From positions 32,320-96,319 of the forward strand of contig CAVVAR010000002.1 in the NCBI GenBank assembly GCA_963746315.1: a stretch of DNA of 64,000 nt, in the 5' to 3' direction. This DNA is from an uncultured Alphaproteobacteria bacterium. GTDB lineage: Bacteria > Pseudomonadota > Alphaproteobacteria > Rhizobiales > Hyphomicrobiaceae. Position numbers and translations under genes: made by a program. Shown here one piece after another: positions 56,782 through 64,000 of the stretch; positions within the stretch are counted from its first letter, which is position 1, and every line of letters starts with the position of its first letter. The notes below the pieces were generated by a model. It ran no database searches, was not told the DNA's origin, and worked only from the letters and a program-made list of their open reading frames with translations.

Positions 56782-56899
56782 TCGTTGGGCGACCGGCCGG
56801 CGACCACCGCATTCGGCAGCTCGTGGCGAGCACGAGCGGCTATGCCGGGAGCGCGGCCGTTTGGGAGCCGCAGGCGCCTGAGACGGGAGGCTTTCGGAC

Positions 56900-58834
56900 T
56901 CAAGGCGCGCGTTTGACGGTCGAAGCGACGACGGCGGAGACGGCGCCCTTGTCCTCGGACGTCGGGGGAGATTCGGAAGGCGCCTCGACCGTGCCGGGTG
57001 TGCCCTCGATCTCGGCGAGCCATTGCGCCGTGCTTCGATAATCGGGGTGAGCCTTGAACTGTGGGCTCGGCTCGAAAGCCTCGGCGCGCGAGATACTCTG
57101 GGCGACGAGCCGGCGGAACTGGGGCACGTCGAAATAGGAGCCGTGGACGAGCTCCTTCCAGGTGAAATAGGTGGTGATGGCGCTTTCCGCGGTGTGCTTC
57201 GGCTCAGCGGATGCCAGCTGGCCGATGGCGCGGCGGAACTTGGCGAGGGACTGGTTCGCGATGCCGTTCGAGTAGTCTGTGACGAGATCGGCGATGCCGG
57301 ACGGGAGGCGCGGCGGCGAGCGCTCGATCCAGGTGGGGCGATCGACGGCGCCGACGGCAATCTCACCTTCCGTGTCGTTGCCGAACGCCGCGCGCTTCAC
57401 CTCGGCGTTGGTGATGTTGTTCAGCAAGGTGCTGGTGCCGTGGCTCACGACACGCGCAAGAGTGCGGATGATGAGCATCATGAGGAGCGAGAACACGCCG
57501 AAGATGATCGGGACCAGCACGGCCGGTACCAGGAGCCGGACGATGCCACGCTGGGTGGGGCTCGCCGCGTCCTCTCCGCCGATGATCGAGGTCAGCTCGT
57601 CGGTCACGAGGTGAAGCAGCAAGCCGCTGTTGATGCGCAGGTCGCGCCCCTCGCCGCAGAGCTTGCCGTCCTGACATGGCTTGCCGGCCGCCTCGAAGAA
57701 GCGCTGCTTGAAGCGCAGCGTGCGCTCCGCCTGGCGCAAGTCGGGATATTTCTCCTCGAGCTGGTCGCGAGCCGCGCGATAGCTCGTCCATAGCTCGCTG
57801 CGGCCGGCGCTCGATGGCGCGGTGCTGCCTTGCTGCTGCGCCTGTTGCTGGCGTTGTGCCCGGCGCATCTCGGCGAACTTCTCGCGAAGCGCGCGGATCT
57901 CGCGCTCCGCATCGGGGTTCATGCGGCTTTCGTAGACGTTGGTTTTCAGCCAGTCGCCGATGCCGACCATCAAGGATGGTGACGTCAGCAAGAGCAGGTA
58001 CATCAGCGGTAGTGCGAAGATCGAGAGTGTCGTGATCGCGGAGACGGCAAACGATTTGTCGAAGAAGTAGAGCTGGGCGCCGGGCAGGAAGGAAAGGCCT
58101 TGCACAGCCTCATCGTCGGTGTGGGTGAGCGAGACCCATTTCGGACCGAAATTCTCGGCTGCACGCCGACGGACGGCACGCCGGTAATGAAGGAGCGACC
58201 TGCCGTCCAGATAGCGAAGAACGAGGTAGAACACGATGATCGGCAGGCTCATCATGACCGCCGTGATGACAAGCACCGCGGGGAACGTCGCGCCGAAGAG
58301 CATGCGGCCGCCCGATGCGGTCTCGGCGGCGATGTAGACGAGGAACATCAACAGCAGGATCAGCGAGGCAACGAAGATCACCTTGCGCATGAGATCGAGG
58401 CGCTGGAACAGCAAGCGCTCCTTTTTCATGCTGACGAACGGCGTGCCGACTGTGATCCAGCGCCTGAGGCCCGGCAACGCCTGCCTGCGGGCGGCAGCCT
58501 CCAGGAGCGCCCAGCTCACGACCGAGCCGCCGTGGCTGTGCCCGACGACGCAGTAGGGCTCGTCTCGCGCCTCGAGTGCCTGGAGCACGCGGAACAGGCG
58601 TACGCCGGCTTTGCGGCGCGAAAGCTCGCTGTTCAAGCCGTCCCACTCGAACCGCGAAACCTCGATCTTGCCAGAGCCCTCGGCGGGTGAGGCGTCGAGC
58701 AGGTCGCGCATCTCGTTGTCGAACGTGGAGCCGGCCTGCCACCAGGACAGGCTATCGGGCGATGCCGGGGCATCTCCGGCGGATGCTCCCTCGGCGTGGG
58801 CGAACGTTCCGTGCACCGTGACGATCGTCGCCAT
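56900..58834 (-). CDS. Membrane-anchored alpha/beta-hydrolase-like protein of unknown function
   Basis: The N-terminal domain carries the nucleophile elbow GHSHGG (CVVGHSHGGSV). Several TM helices are present, plus a central charged/Gln-rich coiled segment (RRAQRQQQAQQQG). No named family was recognised. Confidence 0.55.
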   Translation of the reverse strand: MATIVTVHGTFAHAEGASAGDAPASPDSLSWWQAGSTFDNEMRDLLDASPAEGSGKIEVSRFEWDGLNSELSRRKAGVRLFRVLQALEARDEPYCVVGHSHGGSVVSWALLEAAARRQALPGLRRWITVGTPFVSMKKERLLFQRLDLMRKVIFVASLILLLMFLVYIAAETASGGRMLFGATFPAVLVITAVMMSLPIIVFYLVLRYLDGRSLLHYRRAVRRRAAENFGPKWVSLTHTDDEAVQGLSFLPGAQLYFFDKSFAVSAITTLSIFALPLMYLLLLTSPSLMVGIGDWLKTNVYESRMNPDAEREIRALREKFAEMRRAQRQQQAQQQGSTAPSSAGRSELWTSYRAARDQLEEKYPDLRQAERTLRFKQRFFEAAGKPCQDGKLCGEGRDLRINSGLLLHLVTDELTSIIGGEDAASPTQRGIVRLLVPAVLVPIIFGVFSLLMMLIIRTLARVVSHGTSTLLNNITNAEVKRAAFGNDTEGEIAVGAVDRPTWIERSPPRLPSGIADLVTDYSNGIANQSLAKFRRAIGQLASAEPKHTAESAITTYFTWKELVHGSYFDVPQFRRLVAQSISRAEAFEPSPQFKAHPDYRSTAQWLAEIEGTPGTVEAPSESPPTSEDKGAVSAVVASTVKRAP

Positions 58835-58957
58835 GATCCCCTCTCCTCCAAGGCGATCGGTCGATCGCCCCCCAGCTTCGAGAGATCTGCTCTACAACGA
58901 AGCTGTGATGGCTTTTGGGCGGCTGTGGACAAAGCCGGGCGAGCGGAGCGGGACGGT

Positions 58958-59626
58958 CTAATCCTTCTCGCGCTTGGCTTCGAGGATCTCGACCATGCGT
59001 TTGTCGACGTAGTCGCCGACGAGACCCTTCAACTCGTCGAGCTCATTGGCAAAGAAGTGGTTGGCGCCCGCGATCACGGCATGCTCGATCTTGATGCCCT
59101 TCTGGGTCTTGGTCTTGGCGGCGAGCTCGCCCACGGATGCCCAGGGGACGACCTTGTCCTTCTCGCCACTGATGACGAGGCCCGAGGAGGGGCAGGGGGC
59201 GAGGAAATTGAAGTCGTAGATGTTGGCGGGCGGTGCCACGCAGATGAAGCCGTCAACCTCAGGCCGCCGCATGAGCAACTGCATCGCGATCCAGGTGCCG
59301 AACGAGACACCGGCGATCCAGCAGGAGCGCGAATCCGGGTTCTGGAGCTGGAGCCAGTCGAGCGCGGAGGCGGCATCCGCCAACTCGCCCGGGCCATTGT
59401 CGAAGAAGCCCTGGCTGCGGCCGACGCCGCGGAAATTGAAGCGCAATACGGAAAAGCCGCGCTCCAGAAAGGCGTAGTAGAGATTGTAGACGATCTGGTT
59501 GTTCATCGTGCCGCCGAATTGCGGATGCGGATGAAGCATCAGCGCAATCGGGCTGTCGATACGGCCAGCGTGGTGGTAGCGGGCCTCGATACGGCCTGCC
59601 GGGCCATTGATGATGATCTCGGGCAT
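58958..59626 (-). CDS. Alpha/beta hydrolase (small single-domain esterase-like)
   Basis: LMLHPHPQFGGTMNN...RFNFRGVGRSQG...WIAGVSFG (GxSxG-like)...GANHFF. Confidence 0.7.
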   Translation of the reverse strand: MPEIIINGPAGRIEARYHHAGRIDSPIALMLHPHPQFGGTMNNQIVYNLYYAFLERGFSVLRFNFRGVGRSQGFFDNGPGELADAASALDWLQLQNPDSRSCWIAGVSFGTWIAMQLLMRRPEVDGFICVAPPANIYDFNFLAPCPSSGLVISGEKDKVVPWASVGELAAKTKTQKGIKIEHAVIAGANHFFANELDELKGLVGDYVDKRMVEILEAKREKD

Positions 59627-60045
59627 CGGTCGACTTCGCCTCGTCTTCGAGCTGTGGTTCCAGCCACGGACACTCCCGCGGCCCAGATGGTGCCGGCGCC
59701 AGCGCGCCAGACCTCAGGATTGCTGCCGCCCAGGTCCCTCGCGTCCATTCAGTCGGACGTCCGCGACAACGGTCGCGAAAATACTTGACTGCCTCGCTCG
59801 GAATTTCCATATACGGGGCAACTTGGAATGGTTCCAAGCACGAGGCAGCTTGCTTCGGATGCGGGACCGTCCAATCCCCCGGCGGTCGGGCTTCATAGCA
59901 TGGTGGCCGCTTTGCTGGGCAAGCACTTTCGGCAGACTGTCGCCCTTGCCGGGCGATCGCATGCCGGGGAATTGGCCGGATTGGCGCTGAGCCTCAGAGC
60001 AGCGTCGCGCGGGCCTGCACGTGGCGTTGGTCTTGGAGTGGCGAC

Positions 60046-60516
60046 TTGGAACTGAATACGCGTGGTCGATATGCCGTGATGGCCATGGCCGATCTCGCCC
60101 GTCAGGGCAGCGATTCCGCCGTGCCGCTGTCTCAGATCTCCGAGCGCCAGAAGATTACGGTCGCATATCTCGAGCAGCTGTTTCAGCAACTTCGCCGGGC
60201 CGGACTGGTGGAGAGCGCGCGCGGCCGCAGCGGCGGCTACCGGCTCGGCCGGCCCGCACGCGATATCAGCGTGGCCGAGGTGATGGCGGCCGTCGAGGAA
60301 GGCGTCCGGATGACGCGCTGCATGGGGCACGCCGGCGAGACGTGCATGGCGGGCGAACGGTGTCTCACGCACAACCTATGGGAAGCACTCGGCACTGAGA
60401 TCGCGGCGTTTCTGGGCCGGATCAGTCTCGAGGACGTGGTCAATGGCATTCCCGGACAACAGCCGGCCGCGGGCGAGTCTGCATGGTCGAGCGCTGGTTT
60501 CGAGGGTCGCACGTGA
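60046..60516 (+). CDS. Rrf2 family transcriptional regulator (IscR-like, three-Cys cluster ligand region)
   Basis: TTG start. ELNTRGRYAVMAMADLAR...ISERQKITVAYLEQLFQQLRRAGLVESARGRSGGYRL. The Cys motif is CMGHAGETCMAGERC. Confidence 0.85.
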   Translation: MELNTRGRYAVMAMADLARQGSDSAVPLSQISERQKITVAYLEQLFQQLRRAGLVESARGRSGGYRLGRPARDISVAEVMAAVEEGVRMTRCMGHAGETCMAGERCLTHNLWEALGTEIAAFLGRISLEDVVNGIPGQQPAAGESAWSSAGFEGRT

Positions 60517-61703
60517 CGAGCGGGCGGACATATCTCGATTGGAACGCGACGGCGCCGCTCAGGTCCGAGGCGCGGAGCGCGATGCTGGCCGCTATGGACG
60601 CGATCGGCAATCCGTCTTCGGTGCACGCGGAAGGCCGGCGGGCACGGGCCATCGTGGAGGCCGCCCGTCGCGACGTGGCGGATCTCGTCGGAGCGTTGCC
60701 GTTGGAAGTTGTGTTCACGAGCGGTGGCACTGAGGCGAACAATACAGCGCTACGGGCCGGCTGGGACACCATCCTGCTCACTGCGACGGAGCACGAGTCG
60801 GTGCTGGCGCCGGCCCGGGCGAGCGGCGCCCGCGTGGTGCTCATCCCGGTCGACCGTGATGGCGTGATCTCACTCGAGGTGCTCGAGGAGCGACTGGCGG
60901 AATTGGACGGGAGCGGATCTGCGCTGCTGTCGCTGCAGATGGCAAACAACGAGACGGGCGTGCTGCAACCGGTGGCCGTCGCTGCAGGCTTGGCGTGCGG
61001 TGCGGGTGTCAGGGTGCATTGCGACGCGGTGCAAGGTACGGGACGCGTCGAGATCGATCTCGGCAAGCTTGGTGTCGATTTCCTGTCGATCAGCGGGCAC
61101 AAGCTCGGCGGACCGAAGGGCGTGGGCGCGCTGGTGATACGCGACGGCGCCGATCTGCCGACGCTGATGGCGGGCGGCGGGCAGGAGATGCGTCGCAGGG
61201 CGGGGACCGAGAACGTGGTCGGGATCGCCGGTTTCGGCGCCGCTGCGAAGGCGGCGACGGCCGAGGTCTGCGACATGGGCCGGGTCGCGACGCTCAGGCT
61301 GGACGTGGAAGAGGCCATCATGGCGACCGTCCCTGGCAGCGTCATCATCAGTCAGGCGGCGGCGCGACTTGCGAACACGGTCTGCTTCACCTGGCCGGGC
61401 AAGACTGCCGAGATGCTGCTGATCAAAATGGACCTTGTCGGCGTCGCGATCAGCTCGGGCGCTGCGTGCTCGTCGGGCAAGGTAGGGCCGAGCCATGTTC
61501 TGGCGGCGATGGGGTTATCGGACGAGGCTGCCCGATCGGCGCTGCGCGTGAGCATCGGTGCGACGACGAGTGGGGCCGACATCGAGCGGTTCCGTAATGC
61601 GATCGCTGCGGTTGCCGGGCAGGCAACCGGTGAGGCGGGCGCAATCAGACACATGCCGAGCGGCCAACGGCCCAGGCTCGAAACGATCATGGGAGAGGCC
61701 TGA
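60513..61703 (+). CDS. Class V aminotransferase-fold cysteine desulfurase (NifS/IscS-like)
   Basis: YLDWNATAP...[10 protein letters not shown]...[10 protein letters not shown]...[14 protein letters not shown]...RAGTENV...SSGAACSSG. The GTG at 60513 overlaps the Rrf2 stop codon (GTGA). The longest ORF starts at 60483. Confidence 0.85.
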   Translation: MTSGRTYLDWNATAPLRSEARSAMLAAMDAIGNPSSVHAEGRRARAIVEAARRDVADLVGALPLEVVFTSGGTEANNTALRAGWDTILLTATEHESVLAPARASGARVVLIPVDRDGVISLEVLEERLAELDGSGSALLSLQMANNETGVLQPVAVAAGLACGAGVRVHCDAVQGTGRVEIDLGKLGVDFLSISGHKLGGPKGVGALVIRDGADLPTLMAGGGQEMRRRAGTENVVGIAGFGAAAKAATAEVCDMGRVATLRLDVEEAIMATVPGSVIISQAAARLANTVCFTWPGKTAEMLLIKMDLVGVAISSGAACSSGKVGPSHVLAAMGLSDEAARSALRVSIGATTSGADIERFRNAIAAVAGQATGEAGAIRHMPSGQRPRLETIMGEA

Positions 61704-61704
61704 C

Positions 61705-63225
61705 ATGGTGGCAGTCCGGGAAACGGTCGAGCAGGTTCGTGCGCTCGACGTCGACAAGTACAAGTACGGCTTCGAGACGACCATCGAGAGCATCAAGGCG
61801 CCGAAGGGCCTCAACGAAGGCATCGTGCGCTTCATCTCGGAGAAGAAGGGCGAGCCGGACTGGATGCTGGCTTGGCGGCTCGAGGCGTTCGAGCGCTGGC
61901 AGGCGATGACCGAGCCGACGTGGGCCAAGGTTCACTATCCGAAGATCGACTTCCAGGATCTGCATTACTACTCGGCGCCGAAGTCGACGGCGGGGCCGAG
62001 CTCGCTCGACGAGGTCGATCCCGAGTTGCTGGCGACGTACGCGAAGCTCGGCATTCCGCTGAAAGAGCAGGAGATCCTGGCCGGCGTCCGCAAGCAGGGC
62101 GAGCCTTCGTCGCTGGATGCCGCCGATGGCTATCAGAGCATGGCGGGGCGGGTTGCGGTTGACGCGGTGTTCGACAGCGTCTCGGTGGTGACGACGTTCC
62201 GGAAGGAATTGGCGAAGGCCGGTGTGATCTTCTGCTCGATCTCCGAGGCGCTGAAGGAGCATCCGGATCTGGTGCGGAAGTACCTGGGCTCGGTGGTGCC
62301 GCAGTCCGACAACTACTACGCTGCGTTGAACTCGGCGGTCTTCTCGGACGGGTCGTTCGTCTACATCCCAGAGGGCGTGCGGTGCCCGATGGAGCTGTCG
62401 ACCTATTTCCGGATCAACGAGCGCAACACCGGGCAGTTCGAGCGAACACTGATCATCGCCGAAAAGGGAAGCTACGTCTCGTATCTCGAGGGGTGCACGG
62501 CACCGATGCGGGACGAGAACCAGTTGCACGCGGCGGTTGTGGAGCTAGTGGCGCTCGACGACGCCGAGATCAAATACTCGACCGTTCAGAACTGGTATCC
62601 GGGCGACAAGAACGGAAAAGGCGGCGTCTACAACTTCGTGACCAAGCGGGGCGATGCCAGGGGCCGTAACGCCAAGATTTCCTGGACACAGGTCGAGACC
62701 GGGTCGGCGATCACGTGGAAATACCCGAGCTGCATCCTGCGTGGCGACGGCTCGAGAGGCGAGTTCTACTCGATCGCGATCTCGAACGGCCGTCAGCAGG
62801 TGGACAGCGGCACGAAGATGATCCACCTTGGGCGCAATACCTCAAGCCGCATCATCTCCAAGGGGATCGCGGCCGGATATTCGCAGAATACCTACCGCGG
62901 CCTCGTTACAGCGCACCGGAAGGCCAGCAATGCGCGCAATTTCACCAATTGCGACAGCCTCCTCATCGGCAACCGATGCGGCGCGCATACCGTGCCCTAC
63001 ATCGAGGCCAAGAATGCCTCGGCGCATTTCGAGCACGAGGCGACGACGTCCAAGATCTCCGACGACAAGCTCTTCTACTGTCGCCAGCGCGGGCTTTCCG
63101 ACGAGGAGGCCGTGGCGCTCATCGTCAACGGCTTCGTGCGCGACGTGCTGCAGCAGTTGCCGATGGAGTTCATGGCGGAGACGCAAAAGCTCATCGGGAT
63201 CAGCCTGGAAGGGAGCGTCGGGTAA
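61705..63225 (+). CDS. sufB: Fe-S cluster assembly scaffold protein SufB
   Basis: [31 protein letters not shown]...YYSAPK...[12 protein letters not shown]...[25 protein letters not shown]...[20 protein letters not shown]...[30 protein letters not shown]. Confidence 0.95.
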   Translation: MVAVRETVEQVRALDVDKYKYGFETTIESIKAPKGLNEGIVRFISEKKGEPDWMLAWRLEAFERWQAMTEPTWAKVHYPKIDFQDLHYYSAPKSTAGPSSLDEVDPELLATYAKLGIPLKEQEILAGVRKQGEPSSLDAADGYQSMAGRVAVDAVFDSVSVVTTFRKELAKAGVIFCSISEALKEHPDLVRKYLGSVVPQSDNYYAALNSAVFSDGSFVYIPEGVRCPMELSTYFRINERNTGQFERTLIIAEKGSYVSYLEGCTAPMRDENQLHAAVVELVALDDAEIKYSTVQNWYPGDKNGKGGVYNFVTKRGDARGRNAKISWTQVETGSAITWKYPSCILRGDGSRGEFYSIAISNGRQQVDSGTKMIHLGRNTSSRIISKGIAAGYSQNTYRGLVTAHRKASNARNFTNCDSLLIGNRCGAHTVPYIEAKNASAHFEHEATTSKISDDKLFYCRQRGLSDEEAVALIVNGFVRDVLQQLPMEFMAETQKLIGISLEGSVG

Positions 63226-63491
63226 GCCCGCAGCGGGCAAGGGAACCAGGCCACGCAGGACGTGTGCCTATGCAAGCTCGGCGGTCGATCCTCGGATATA
63301 GGATCTGCCGCAGTTTGTCGGGGATGCCAGCCGGGTGGGGTTTAGCCGGCGTGCGACGGGCATCCCAGGCCAAGGGGCGCGAGCCGTCGGCTTCGCAGCT
63401 CTCGGGACCAAGGTGAACCTTGGCCCAATTTTCGGGAGTGAAATCAAGGGGCCAGCCAAGAGGGCGGGGCTCCCGGTGATGGAGATTTAGT

Positions 63492-63758
63492 ATGAGCGAC
63501 GCGGCTGGTTTCGGAGCCATGATGAAGACGGCGAAGCTTCTGCGGGAGATCGATATCGACGAGTGTCAGCGCCGCAACGCTCTCTCCAACAAGCGCGGTG
63601 ATCTGCGCTTGCGGCAGGGTTCTGTCGTGACGGTGCTCGAGAGCCTCGACGAAGGCCGGGCGTTCCTGGTCGAGTTCGGAGAGCGTTCGCCGGAGACCTG
63701 CGACTGGCTCGGCGTTCTCTATCCTTCTGAGATCGAGTTTCAGGCGGGTCGCACCTGA
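63492..63758 (+). CDS. Small DUF4926-like protein encoded in the sufB-sufC spacer
   Basis: The C-terminal LRLRQGSVVTVLESLDEGRAFLVEFGE...CDWLGVLYPSEIEF fits the DUF4926 pattern as I recall it (G..GTVV.....g.a..VEF.d..G). The assignment is from memory only. Confidence 0.5.
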   Translation: MSDAAGFGAMMKTAKLLREIDIDECQRRNALSNKRGDLRLRQGSVVTVLESLDEGRAFLVEFGERSPETCDWLGVLYPSEIEFQAGRT

Positions 63759-63968
63759 TCGTGTGAGGCCCGGCGTCTCGCGATCCGCGGTCGCACGCGG
63801 AGCGTAGATGCCAAGTGGACGAGCCCTGAGCGGGGCTGTTGGAAAAGGGGGAGCGCGATACCTCGGTTCGCGCAACCCACTGTGCTGCCGGGCCCATACG
63901 GGACGGCAAAGAATGTCACGCGTCCCGCGTTCCGCCCCGTTGGGCTCCGTCGGGACCTCGAGGAGAGA

Positions 63969-64000
63969 ATGATGCTGGAGATCAAGCACCTTACCGTTCG
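63969..64000 (+). CDS. sufC: Start of the Fe-S assembly ATPase SufC (partial, runs off the window)
   Basis: MMLEIKHLTV... follows AGGAGAG and lies in the expected position after sufB. Only 10 codons are visible. Confidence 0.55.
   Translation, partial: MMLEIKHLTV

Noticed and set aside
63200-63520. A 106-aa minus-strand ORF in the sufB-sufC spacer, considered as a possible partner (toxin) of the DUF4926-like gene.
   Set aside because: It overlaps the sufB 3' end and the start of the small gene. It has Pro/Arg/Trp-rich composition, and I could see no family motif. It stays unresolved rather than being called.

Overview
This is a GC-rich chromosomal segment with alphaproteobacterial (Rhizobiales-like) gene content. 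All product calls come from motif recognition in the supplied translations; no searches were run.

Layout, left to right:
- 1-3618: the right end of an integrative element. It carries two heavily frame-broken cargo genes, an AlpA-like gene, a P4-type tyrosine integrase and a 50-nt 3' half of tRNA-Ala(GGC) as the att repeat.
- 4.4-13.2 kb: a catabolic block (D-aminoacylase, HpcH aldolase, Ldh2 dehydrogenase, Gfo/Idh/MocA oxidoreductase, MFS transporter, and a LysR/pirin pair). It ends in a truncated isochorismatase gene.
- 13.5-30.7 kb: a hybrid histidine kinase, Hpt protein and sigma54 activator phosphorelay next to a Wzx/Wzy-type exopolysaccharide cluster. The cluster is split into two divergent operons around an intergenic region with sigma54-like promoters, TTGCA repeats and an IHF-like site.
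- 30.8-39.6 kb: the most unusual locus. It contains a MaoC dehydratase, an acyl-CoA synthetase, an IclR regulator, a CaiB-type CoA-transferase, a protein with an in-frame TGA inside a C-U-G-S-C motif (candidate selenocysteine, GrdB-like) followed by a hairpin, two large paralogous uncharacterised proteins, and a thioredoxin-reductase-like flavoprotein.
- 39.8-51.8 kb: a secreted protein, a Rieske oxygenase, a Liv-type ABC transporter with an embedded acyl-CoA ligase, an OmpA-like protein, a TPR protein and a small Cys-rich protein.
- 51.9-64 kb: der, a PilZ protein with eight 147-bp in-frame tandem repeats, a CMD-family protein, a tandem palindromic intergenic element, two alpha/beta hydrolases, and an Rrf2-cysteine desulfurase-sufB-(insert)-sufC cluster.

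At least 15 reading-frame breaks are visible, one of them in the essential gene der. Sequence quality must therefore be checked before any gene here is called a pseudogene. No CRISPR array, rRNA gene, complete tRNA gene or transposase was seen.
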